Made by a program: the position numbers and the translations under genes
The notes under the pieces: generated by a model
The model's database searches: none
What the model saw: the letters and a program-made list of their open reading frames with translations, nothing else
Told to the model about the DNA's origin: nothing
Origin: Epiperipatus broadwayi
Lineage: Eukaryota; Animalia; Onychophora
Direction of reading: 5' to 3'
DNA length: 64,000 nt
Assembly: GCA_028023455.1 (NCBI GenBank)
Contig: JAQFVV010000002.1
Span: 33,108,001-33,172,000 of the forward strand
Shown here: positions 1 through 11,214 of the stretch, in pieces
How the letters are laid out: each line of letters starts with the position of its first letter
Numbering within the stretch: position 1 is the stretch's first letter

Positions 1-340
1 TCATTTAAAAATGTTCTTAACTCCAAATATTAAAAATCTTGTGAAAACAAAACAAACTCTCAAGACTCATTTAAAGGAAACAACATTTTAATATTTGTTC
101 TGTGATTGACTAAGATATTTACTAGCGCAGTTTCAGACGGTATCAACTTCTACGCATGCTCTGTTCTGTTGTTAAACCAAAAGTTTTGGTTGTCTATGAA
201 TATATTGTACAGGCTTAACACCTGCATTCGTATATGTAATATATGCGGGATTCGAACTCAGACTTTCACACGACCCACAATTCTCAGTGCCATTTTATAT
301 TGCTGAACCACCTGATCACACACATGTTGAAAAATAATCA

Positions 341-382
341 CCAATACTCATATTTCGTGCTAAATCAGCACTCAGCAGTTGG
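341..382 (-). ncRNA. Type I hammerhead ribozyme, core variant (A1)
   Basis: CCAA CTGCTGA GTGCT GATTT AGCAC GAAA TATGAG TA TTGG; A6->C in the core and imperfect stem III. Confidence 0.75.
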
Positions 383-502
383 TCCAGATCACCATCTCCA
401 CACATATACAATCAGTATTCAACTTTATATTAAGATAGCCAATCTTCATACTTTAATGGTCAGGCTAAAGCTGAGTACTGATTGTGGAGATGGTAATCTG
501 GA

Positions 503-544
503 GCCACTGATAAGTGCTGGCTTAGCACGAAATACTTATATTGG
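503..544 (+). ncRNA. Type I hammerhead ribozyme, core variant (A2)
   Basis: CTGATAA GTGCT GGCTT AGCAC GAAA TACTTA TA TTGG; G8->A. Confidence 0.7.
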
Positions 545-1146
545 TTATTATTTTTCAACATGTGTGTGATCAGGTGGTTCAGCAATATAAGATGGCACTG
601 AGAGTTGTGGGTTGTGTGAAAGTCTGAGTTGTCTATGAAGAAACTCATCTTTTTAAAATATCATGTGGCTTTATAGAGTTTCCTCATAGTCAACAAACGT
701 TGGTTTAATATGACAATACAGGACATGTAGCAGTTGATTACTGTGTTTAGAATTATATTTGTTCTGTAGTACATTATTATGAAAGAAATGTTAAATATTT
801 CTGTATTGTATTGTATATAATAGCAACCTAAAATGTATATATATGCATGTGAAATCATGGTTGGAAAAATCGTTGCATGAACTTAAAATGTTGACTACCC
901 CCAATTTAGAATGATCATTACTGATTTTCTTTTATCATGGCCATTTAACATACATATGCATTCATTTTCTATAAAATTAATAAATTGCGCATGCTCAATC
1001 GATTTCACATAATATATAACTTTGTTATTTAGTAGTAAAAATTTACAATGATAATCGTAGACCAGTTTGTAATTTGTGTTGTATTATATATATATATGTT
1101 ACGTTCGCCTAAGGGAAAGCAAGTTGAAATAATTTGGTTTGTATCA

Positions 1147-1220
1147 GCATCTTGGTGGTCTAGTGGTTAGCATAGCTGTCTTCCAAGCAGCTGGCCCAGG
1201 TTCACTTCCCGGTCAATGCA
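1147..1220 (+). pseudogene. tRNA-Gly(TCC) pseudogene
   Basis: Closely follows the metazoan Gly-TCC consensus; anticodon arm GCTGT-CTTCCAA-GCAGC; 2-nt insertion in the acceptor stem and T-loop TTCACTT instead of TTCGATT; followed by TTT. Confidence 0.85.
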
Positions 1221-1792
1221 TTTGACATATATATAATAAATTCTTTATATCATTAAGGTATATATGTGCTGCTGAAACTTCGTTCTAATGCTCATCTAAC
1301 TTATTGGTGTGAGGATAAATTGGGTCAGTCAAGATTGTACTGCTATATGAAATGGTCAAGTATTGTCTAATAACATATAAGTATATACAGTGTTATATCA
1401 TAAATACGGTTTTTATTGTATTATTGCTCTGCATTGTTTGATGAGATGGTAGATTCTAGGGTTCAAAGTCCTTGGATCACGATCCCATTTGTTTTTAACA
1501 GTATTTGACTTCTTATGAACTCCTGAACAATAAACCATTTAATTATTTGCAATTAAAGAATTTAAAGTCATCATAAATTGACCTCTACTGCTTTCTTCGT
1601 AAAATGTATACATTGAAAACTTTTGAAACAAGACTAGTATAATATTAAAGTTCAAGAAAAGAGAATGAAATAGAAGTTTAGTACTAAACTAAACCATTTA
1701 ATGTGTTTGATATTTTGACTTTGATACATGCAAATAGGTTTTTTTAAGTCTAATTTTAGTAATTGAAACAGTATCTGTTATTAAATATAATA

Positions 1793-1855
1793 CAAATTTG
1801 CATATGTTTGTTCATTTGCATAACAAACACAGGCGAACAAACGTATGTAAATTTG
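1793..1855. repeat. Imperfect 21-bp inverted repeat (hairpin)
   Basis: CAAATTTGCATATGTTTGTTC / GAACAAACGTATGTAAATTTG with 2 mismatches. Confidence 0.75.
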
Positions 1856-1974
1856 AATTACAAATATGGAAGGAAAAAGCAATAATATATTAAATACAAT
1901 ACTAATTTTTAGACAGTTTAAGAGTAAATCTGTGAACATTACGAGTTAATGTGCACACTTTCGGCCTGTGCCTT

Positions 1975-2125
1975 TCTAATGTTGGCTTAGCATGAAATAC
2001 GTATATTGGTGAATATTTATCTTTTCAACATATATGTGTTCAAGAGTATCAGTTTTATGAGGTAATGTGAAAATGGTGGGGCGTGTGAAAGTCTGTGCTC
2101 ATATACCCTATATATTACATATATA
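1975..2125 (+). mobile_element. Degenerate family A HHR repeat (A3)
   Basis: GGCTTAGCAT GAAA TACGTA TA TTGG followed by the family A tail ...GCGTGTGAAAGTCTG...TATATTACAT. Confidence 0.75.
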
Positions 2126-4669
2126 GACACAGGTATATAATAAGCCTGTGTGTTTCAGTGATTAACAAATATATATGAAATACTGATGTAAATAATATTA
2201 TTAAGATTAATCCTTATTCATGCCATCTTTAAAATGTTTACATGGCCAGCAAGAGATGAGTTATTTTTCCATCAAACATTACCAATTGGAAGATTATGAA
2301 AATTTTTATAGAGGGCATAAGCATTTTCATTAATTAATAATATCTATTGGTGTATTTTGTTATGCAAACATATTTATACATGTATATACTCATTCTTTGA
2401 CTTTTTTTAATGTAAATTATCAGTGTATACTATCATTTATATTATTAAAAATATCTTATCAAACGATACTTATCAAATGGTATTATCTAAGTACTACACG
2501 CAAATATATTTGTTGAACCTTGATATGTGTACACATACATGTGTCCAATTTTTCTGATGAATGTATAATTTTAAATTTTGAGCTATTATATAATTTTTAG
2601 TTCTTTACAATATATTTTAAAAAATAATAACAAAACCATTTTAAAAGTGATGTAAACTCTTACTTTACCAATGTTCTAAAGTAAAATTATATATATATTA
2701 AATGTACATAATTTTAAAATGTATTTTTGTGACATATACGTTGTTTATATATAATGTTTTTAAAAATGTTATTGTTGAAAATTCAGATAAAAATTATCGA
2801 CTTCCATTCAAACACTTCATTTCTTCAATTTTTTTTTTTTTGTGTTGTTATTGTTGACCTTTTATATTCTGTTATATGGTAATGGCAAAACAAAAAAAAA
2901 ATAGATAAAGGTCTCTGTAATTAGATCCTAATAACTTATTTACCTGCTTTTAAAGAAAATTACAGTATAACACTTTACAAACAAACATTATGGTGGTGCT
3001 ATCTCCTGATCAGGGTATAAAAGGTTAATATATTTATACTGTACTATTTTTTCTCTACTGTTGTTATTGAAAATAATTTTATCTGTAAATCAATAAATAA
3101 ATTGACATATTAAACTATTGTTTAGTTTGTTTTTTATTTTTGTTAAAATATTTATGTTGAGCCCTAAGTAAATGCTTTTAAATTAATCTGTCTGTGTTTC
3201 TGTCAGGATGTCCACATTTTTGAATTTTTAACAATTAAAAAAAATCTGGTCCCTGATTACAACTGGAACTCACAACCTTACTTTTTCCACAAAAGAGCCA
3301 ACATTAACATTACTTGTATAGAGTAAAATTTGGTTAATATTAATTTATTTTAATAAAACAAATATTTTCTACTAAAAGCTGAATTATTCATCTGAAATAA
3401 TTAATATTTCACAAATATTTTGTAAAAAAGAATATGTAAAAAAAAAAAAGTTAGATAAATATGTATTTTTTTCCCATTTCCATCTCCATAATGAACACAA
3501 CTGTTAAAATCTTTGACAGCAGGTGCTCTCTTGTGGAAAGAACAAGAAACAAAAAAAAAAAGACTCTTGAAGAAAATTATTTTATTTAAATTGAAATTAT
3601 ATATTTTATTATCACTAAAAAAAAAAATATTTTAAGAAGATTTTTTTAAAATAATGCTTTTATGTAAATATTCCACTAAAAAGTAAAAAATAATGTAATA
3701 ATCCATTCCATAAAAACATTTGAAACTTTTCATTTTTATAATATATTTATGTCTCAAATGCTTTTATGAAGTGGATTATTACTTTATTTCTTAGTTTTTC
3801 ATGGGATATTTACATAAAAGTATTTTTTTTAATTTAAATATTATTTTAATAATCCAACAAATGTTAGAAGTAGTGAGAATGTGTTTAAAGTATATGATCT
3901 GAAATTAAAAACCTGTACAGTTTAAGTTATTAGTAGTAGCATTATATGGTCCAATCACCATACAATAGTAATCAATTATATAAATCTATTGTTTAAATGA
4001 ATAGAAACTCCCAGTGACCTGTCAGTAAATGTAGAATGATCTCACTTATATTTTAGCTTTGATTGTATATACACATAACATTTTCTGGTATATTTATATG
4101 CAAATGGTAATTTATATGTGCTAACATAATTTTAAGACAACTATAAGCTATTCTGCAATCATTAAAACTGACATGATTTTCAGTACTTTATTTACATCTA
4201 TATTTATGCTATTAAAATGTTATATATAAATCTACTGTTTATAGACTGCTATATTTCTAACTTTATCTTTCCAAATTCTATCAATTTTCTTACTTTTACC
4301 CTCCACATTACTATTTTTTCCCCATCTTCAAATACTTTTTACTCTATTGTATTATTGTGATATATTGTTATTTATTGCTTTTATATTTTTTACAACAGCA
4401 ACAATACCAATATACTACTTTATTATTTCATTTCTGCACTTACAACATGCATACACACATGTAGCAAACAATTTTAAAATAAATATTCGCATTCCATTTC
4501 CAAGGAAAGAAAAAAAATACTTTAGAAATACGTTTTATAATGACTATACAACTCAATCTGTGAAAAATTAATATGTCCATATATAGAATGTGCTGATACA
4601 ATTTTATGTTCGATATGTTAGAATGCTATCTTTTAATTTCTCCAGCAGAAAATATTCCTTTCTGAAATA

Positions 4670-5208
4670 CTTCAATGCCATGTCCAATTGTAGCTCTTCA
4701 GTGTATTCTATTCTCTACCATATCTTCCCAACATAAACAATTGACATTGTGCTTCTTTAGAATGTCTTTGAGATAATCGGTATAATGTAGATGTGGTCTA
4801 CATTCCTATGAAACCCGTGTTCAAGTTTACTGTAAATCACCATTTTAGGAAGTTTTCCATTCTTCATTCACTTTACATGTTTAATCCAATGAAGTTATTT
4901 TATGATAGTATTACATCCAGCAAGTTGAAGAACATATTGATCATTTGATCTTGCCATGGTATTTTTAAAATTTTGTAGAGTATCCTTAAATGAAATTTCT
5001 GCGAGGTCTTTACATCAGTAGAGTATCCCAGTTTCACCTCCATGTAATGAAGTAAAATAACATATACACAACTAACATAGTTGTATTTGTTATTTCTCTG
5101 TGATGTAATACTCATCTTTTAATGTGTTATAAGCAGCACATTGGAGACAGTGTGGTATCACAGCATCTAATTCTACCTTTCTACTTATTACCAAAGTGTT
5201 TATGAATA
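4670..5208 (-). mobile_element. RTE-clade LINE 3' fragment (decayed)
   Basis: Minus frames give FHLRILYKILKIPWQDQMIN and LHYTDYLKDILKKHNVNCLCWEDMVENR, typical of the RTE C-terminus. Confidence 0.8.
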
Positions 5209-5321
5209 CCAAACTGTCCATACAGTAGTGCCACCAAGTGCAAGTCTTCATAATTAATGGATGCAAGAATGTTTGATTATGAAAACTTGAATGTGGTGGC
5301 ACTACTGTATGGAGACTTTGG
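5209..5321. mobile_element. MITE with TA TSD (Tc1/mariner-type), short copy
   Basis: TA|CCAAACTGTCCATACAGTAGTGCCACC ... GGTGGCACTACTGTATGGAGACTTTGG|TA; same ends at 49055-49480 and 52993. Confidence 0.85.
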
Positions 5322-5323
5322 TA

Positions 5324-5900
5324 AGGTGGGTGAGAAAGGTAATACAGTATGCAGAAGATTTGGATAAAGAATTTATATTTATACAAAAGATGGGCTGAGT
5401 GTGTTAGGAGAAATGTTGCATGTTGTAGTGGCAAGGAATGGAAGAGAAGAATAGATGCATTAATAAAGAACAGGAAGTTGGAGAGATTGAGATTAAAAAG
5501 AGTTTAAATATATATAGACGTAAATGAAATATTGGATGTGAGTTAATTTATGATAATAGCAAAAAGAGTAGTTTACTGTTTAAAGCTCAAAGAGAATCAT
5601 TAGCAACAAGGGAATATACACAAATGGGAAAATGTGAGTGATTTAGTCTGCAAGTTGTGTGACGAAGGCATAAAAAATATTAGACATCTGTTAATTGAAT
5701 GTAAGCAGAAAGGATACAAATAATGAAGTTGTGGAAGAATAAATGTAAGCAAAGTGATTATACAGAAAGTGGGTTCTTGGTTTTTATGCTAGGTTTGAGA
5801 AAAGATATGGGGAATTTAGATATAAAGGTTATGGTGTTGACAATTATGTTGTGGAAACAGGATGGAGCAGGATAGAGAAGAATGTGAGAAAATTTAGGGC
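5324..5900 (+). mobile_element. Non-LTR retrotransposon 3' fragment with CCHC-type zinc finger
   Basis: YDNSKKSSLLFKAQRESLATREY and VCKLCDEGIKNIRHLLIEC (CX2CX8HX4C). Confidence 0.75.
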
Positions 5901-5989
5901 TGGGAATGGAAAGGGAAGGTAAAGTGGCTAAGCAATTCCTGACTCTGTATAAGAAGTCATATTATATCACATTACTTTAATTAGAAACG

Positions 5990-7050
5990 TGTTAAGCATA
6001 TGAGATGATGATCATATGGTGTTTTGATGGTGTTACAAAGTTTTTAAACTGACTTTCATTATCAAGTCGATATCCATTCAAGCTAAAAGTTGCCGAGAAT
6101 TTTTCTTCTATTATTGGCTGATAAAAAACCAGTTTTTGAACATTAATTAATAAATCAAAATCTTTTAGATGTTGCAATCAAAACATTAAATACATTCTGT
6201 AAAACATCTTTTGAACTGGCAAAAATAGCATGATCATACTAAAAATCCAGAACCAAAGAAGATGACTTTTTTGCTTTGCTTTTAATCAATCCAAATTAAA
6301 AATTCAATTCATCAAACCTGCATTTCGAATATTTTAATCTTTTTAACTATTTTTAAATTATCTCAATTTGCCTTCATATAGAAAACTTTATACTTACATA
6401 CAACATTTTTCAATGGACTATAAAAAATATCACTGTTATTTGAATATCGTCTATTATTGTCTTGCTATACATTAATGTATTTCAGACTCTAATCATTTTT
6501 GTTTATCTACAGACTGGTTCTCCATTAAAATCAGACTTCAGGATATCAGTTAAATTTTTATGTAATAATCATAATTTCTTATGCTTACATTTGTTTTACT
6601 GCAGAAATAATAAGATACGTGCAACAGATCAATTACAGAGGTTCATCTTCACTGCAATCTATGAATGTTTAATTGATGACAGTATAATTAATGCCTGGGT
6701 AGGAATGCTGAAACTCTACTTTCAATCCTTGACATTTTCATCCCATAGATGGCGTACTTGTAAATAGGTACATAAGCTTTTTGCTCCAGAATTGAGCATG
6801 CGTCAATGTGTTCTATCAAATAATAGATATCTAATAATTATGATATTGTCAGACTATCTTTTCAAATGGACTTCCAATACATAGCCAGGTCCTTTCCCTT
6901 ATTGAAAATAATCAGATTCACTTAGCCAGCTTTCTCATTTGCCTCTTTATGTCAGTGATTCTTTATTTACTTTTATTGTTATTTTCATTGGACAATTGTA
7001 TTTTATGTTCAGTCTGATCTTGATAACATAGTTTGGACAAGTCTATTGTG
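5990..7050 (-). mobile_element. Decayed LINE reverse-transcriptase region
   Basis: YDHAIFASSKDVLQNVFNVL (YADD-like) followed by LLINVQK...FSLNGYRL; many stops. Confidence 0.55.
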
Positions 7051-7926
7051 TGTTTAAAAATATGTAAAACATTAAGCATACAAATAATTAACATATTTTG
7101 ATTAAGAAAGGATAAGAAGGCAATACTCTATCTCTATTACCCCTCATACTCCACTCCCCCTGTCTTGAACTATTCAGACTAAATATAAAAAAAGGAAATT
7201 GTCAATATAAAAGCTATGAACAGTGATATTTTTTTTTTTGGCTTTTCAAAACACGAGCTGAGAAACCAATACCATAGAAGATTTAACCCTGAGTTTTCCC
7301 TGAAAGTACTAATGCAGGATGCCCTGACCTTTACAGGCTGCCCCAACCTTTACTACATGTTTAAATACACCTTACAGCAACATCAAACTACAACTTGGCT
7401 ATAGTTATTTTTTATATGTAAATAATATCTGATGTAATTAAAAGAAATCAAAGTTTTTTGGATATTCTTTAACAATTATTGTGTATATTATTAATAGTGT
7501 CAAATTATTAAATAATATTTAAAGCATCAGTAATCTCTTATTAGTCTGTTTATATAATCTCATATCTTTACAAATTTATTATTTGTTTATTATCTTATTC
7601 ATTCACAATTACGTATATAAAATCAACTCCAGACAGAATATAGCAGTCTTGTTGGGTTTAATGTCATACTGTTGGTGTTAATATTAGATAACATAACATT
7701 CAGGATATCCTATTTTATCATTTAGTTTCTATTTTATTTTTGGTCATGAATTGACCCTGATTTGAGATTAAAAGCCATCTAAAATAATTTTCAAGTGGTA
7801 ATTTTGGTATGAATACTGTTTTTTCTTAACAATTCTATTATTTAAAACTGTTTAAGACAATTCTTTAAACAATATTTATAGAGGAATATATTTACTAATA
7901 TTTTCTCTTTAATAGTGTACCATACC

Positions 7927-7959
<33 letters not shown>

Positions 7960-8699
7960 TGTATGGTATGTGAGTGTTGGCAATTGGTAATATTTAAAAG
8001 TTTAAAAAAATAAAAGATTAGAAATAGTTAATAAACACTATTTAGTTTTTTGTTTATGTAATTTATTGTCCCAAGTTAGCGGGTTCGCTTCCCGGCTGTT
8101 GCTATGACACATGAGAAAGAAAAAAAATTTAAAATTGTAAGGAATAGAAATACATGCAGATTGTTAATCCAGATAAACAAAAGAAAGAAATTCCAAATGT
8201 AAGTAATTACGATCAATATTCTTTTACTGATAATTAAAGATGGCACTGAAGTAATTTATATAGAAAAAGAACTTTGTAGCTAGAAAGCAAAAAGTAGTGA
8301 ACAAGATTATCAACTTATATTCTGATAAGAAAACAAAAGATGAAAATAATTTTGGAGCTTGGTCTTTTGGTTAGTGGTTTTCTAGGGGCCTAGATGGAAT
8401 GAGAGGACAGGAGGAGCTAATTGCCGCCATCCAGGCCTAATTTGCTGCACCAATTTATCTTGCATGAGTAAAAACCAGAGTGTTTGCTGACACTGTCTCA
8501 CAACAAGGTTACCTAAAAGCTTCAAGTCAAGCCCTACTATGGACCAGAATAAATACATGCACAAACGAAACCCTAACTAGAAGGTTCCAATACAAACAAA
8601 GAGACAGTCACTTTTCTATTCGCAAATGAACTTTAAATTAATTAATTAGCATTGTTATATGAATATGTGTGTGTATGTTTATTCCATTTTCTTAATCCT

Positions 8700-9120
8700 T
8701 TATAATTCTCATCTAATATTTTAGTTTGCTTGTTTTAGTAAAATATGTATCATTAATATAACCCTTTCATTGCACGTTTTTAATTTTAATTTGTTAGATT
8801 TTATTGAAAAAAATATTTTGAGAATTGTATAAATTACCTATACCAATATGCTTTTTAATAATCAAGCCTGGATGGAAGTTAGTATAAAAGATTAAGTGAC
8901 AAGAAAGTGAAACTCTGACAATACTACATTTAGCTATTTGATACAAATCGATGGGTTATGTTGTGACTTGGGTTAGTGGATGTACATAACCCTGGTGCCC
9001 TCTTAAACAAATAAAAACTGATTCCACTGGCAATTCAAAGCTGAATAAAATATTAAATCAGTTAATCAAGAAAAATAACTGTGTTTTAGAAATATCCGAA
9101 TTCACACTTGAAAGGAATAA
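8700..9120 (+). repeat. Unclassified dispersed repeat, second copy at ~54790-55200
   Basis: Shared blocks GTATAAATTACC..ATATGCTT, TGCCCTCTT..AAAACTGATTC, GTTAATCA.GAAA..TTTTAGAAATAT. Confidence 0.65.
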
Positions 9121-9194
9121 ATCTTACGCAGTTTGATTAACAATATATTAGACTGTGTAATATACATGCCTAATTTACTGGCAAATGGTACAAT

Positions 9195-9447
9195 ATTAAT
9201 AATTTTTATAAGTCATTCATTAGACTAGAGATTATCCACTTAATAATATTTCTGTAGAGTAACTTTCATTACACCACTCAATGCAAAATAGAGACTGCTT
9301 TCTATCCACTTATTAACACCTTGTAAAGGGATGTAATCATAAACCCATGACCAAAGACATGAAAAAAGGTATGATCCTAAGATGCACATTTCATGCTGAA
9401 CCAGCACTCATCAGTTGGCAGATCACATTCTCTTACACATATCTTTA
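9195..9447 (-). mobile_element. Family C HHR repeat (C1)
   Basis: Starts after (TA)n with TGAACAATGATAAAGATATGTG; homologous to 16809-17030, 45947-46215 and 46300-46505. Confidence 0.85.
9371..9426 (-). ncRNA. Type I hammerhead ribozyme with intact core (C1)
   Basis: CCAA CTGATGA GTGCTG GTT CAGCAT GAAA TGTGCA TC|TTAG; AUC site after 9381; distal TGATC/GATCA stem; one stem I mismatch. Confidence 0.85.
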
Positions 9448-10148
9448 TCATTGTTCAGTATATAGGAAATTACTCTAGTTTATTTGTAAGAACTTATTGC
9501 CCTCTAACTTTGATGCATCAATTAAACTGGATATATATATATATAGTGACCTTTTATTTAGGTCCCTAAATTAATAATTCCAAAATTTTAAATGATGATA
9601 TATTTAACATCAAAATCTTACTAAAGTGGTTTTCAATAGAGATTATTTTGAATGTACTGGGAAATTTGCTTGAGTGGAGATAAGATTTCAAACTCAGTCT
9701 AGGCTCTGACTAGACTAAAATAACAATTTAAAAGTATTATTATTGTTTGGTAGATAAATACATTGCTATTCTATTAGTTTTGAATAGCAATTGAAATAAA
9801 TAAATAATTCAATCAAATTATTAAAGTCTTATAAAATAAATCGTTATAGTAAATTATTTAAGCATATTTTTTTAGTACTAAACATAAAGCTGTCTTATGT
9901 AATAATGGATAGTTATTAAAAATGAAGCCAGAGGGGGTAATACTAATTATGCATACCCAAAATCATTGGCTAATTCACTCCCAGAATGCATTATAATAAA
10001 AGCTAAACACAAACCTCTGCTCTGATTTGAAATAAAAAAAAAAAATTAAAAATCAGCAAAATTCTGAAATCTAATTGTAGGGAAGTAGATTACCTTACTG
10101 TCTAAAAATGTTTGAATAAGAAATCTTAAAACCTTACTATATTTTAAG

Positions 10149-10264
10149 CCATTTCCACGACTGCACATTTCCTAGGATTCATACGGGAGAAGGAAATTAA
10201 AACCATGGAGATAAGTTTTTATTTGAATAAGTACTGCTTTAAACCCAGGAAATTTCAAGAAGAA
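10149..10264 (+). CDS. Candidate internal exon of an unknown gene
   Basis: TTTTAAG acceptor, GTAAGC donor, open frame ISTTAHFLGFIREKEIKTMEISFYLNKYCFKPRKFQEE; no recognised homolog. Confidence 0.3.
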
Positions 10265-10741
10265 GTAAGCTTTTACTTTTGTATTATTCATATATTTAAA
10301 ATTTCTTCTTTAAAATTAACGCACAAATTATTTAGTCATAAACTAAAAAGTTGATAATGTTTATGTTTTCGTGCCATTAGTAAATTATAGAGCAAAACAG
10401 ATGTTCGTTTGAAAATCATAATTGTAAGAAAATAAATTCAAAATAGTTTTAAAAAGAAATTTCAGAAGATATTAGAAATAAAATTAAAAGTCATTTTATA
10501 TCATATAATGTTAATAAAGTTTAAACAAATAATTGCGTGATTTTATTCTCAATTCTCATCTGCCTATTTTCATCGCGACAACTTTGTGTAATGTTAAAAA
10601 GTTAAATGATTACAGATTCATTAAAACGTTGAAAATGTCTTAGTGATAATTGAATAAATCCGTTCTAATATTAAGAATCACATTATACTTTACCAATAAG
10701 AATGGAATTAAATAAATATTTACTTGTAAATTTTTATTCAG

Positions 10742-10903
10742 AAATATCGTCTTTATAATAATGTTTACAATGTTGGAATATACTCCGGCTGCTTAAATAT
10801 TGCTACACATATATGGATTGCCATGCTGAGAGGAATAAAATTCACAAAGAGTTTTAAAAGAAAGGGAAATATAAATATGCTACTTGTAATCAAATTCCAC
10901 TAA
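10742..10903 (+). CDS. Candidate terminal exon of an unknown gene
   Basis: TTTTATTCAG acceptor; phase-compatible with 10149-10264; 53 open codons KYRLYNNVYNVGIYSGCLNIATHIWIAMLRG...FH*. Confidence 0.3.
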   Translation, partial: KYRLYNNVYNVGIYSGCLNIATHIWIAMLRGIKFTKSFKRKGNINMLLVIKFH

Positions 10904-11214
10904 TTTTTCAGGAAAAAATTATCTTGATTTAAACATAAATAAATGATTCTTGTTCTAATTCATTTGAAATGCTTACCTAATAAATCAATAAAGATTTTAA
11001 TAAGTTTGTTTTGAAGTTTGTTTTGAATTATCTAGAGCAAAGTAGATAAATTCTTTTTTTTTTTTAAATCTGCTACAATTAAAAACATGAATGTTAATTG
11101 CCTGATTAATTATCGCTACAGAAACAATTAAATAATTTCAGCTTTTGAAGAAGTATCGAATATTGCCCAAAATATATTAGCATCAAACAAGATAATAAAT
11201 ATATATATATATAT

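Larger units (their letters stand above)
241..629. mobile_element. Inverted pair of HHR-bearing short repeats (family A, PLE/retrozyme-like)
   Basis: Arms ~254-420 and ~474-629 are reverse complements; each holds an HHR core; the left arm ends (minus) in GAGTTCGAATCCCGC. Confidence 0.85.

Noticed and set aside
106-648. ORFs of 62-108 aa
   Set aside because: Chance frames through the inverted HHR repeat
8075-8105. Isolated B-box-like SINE heads (also ~1455, ~3270, ~52005)
   Set aside because: Too degenerate to define an element or family
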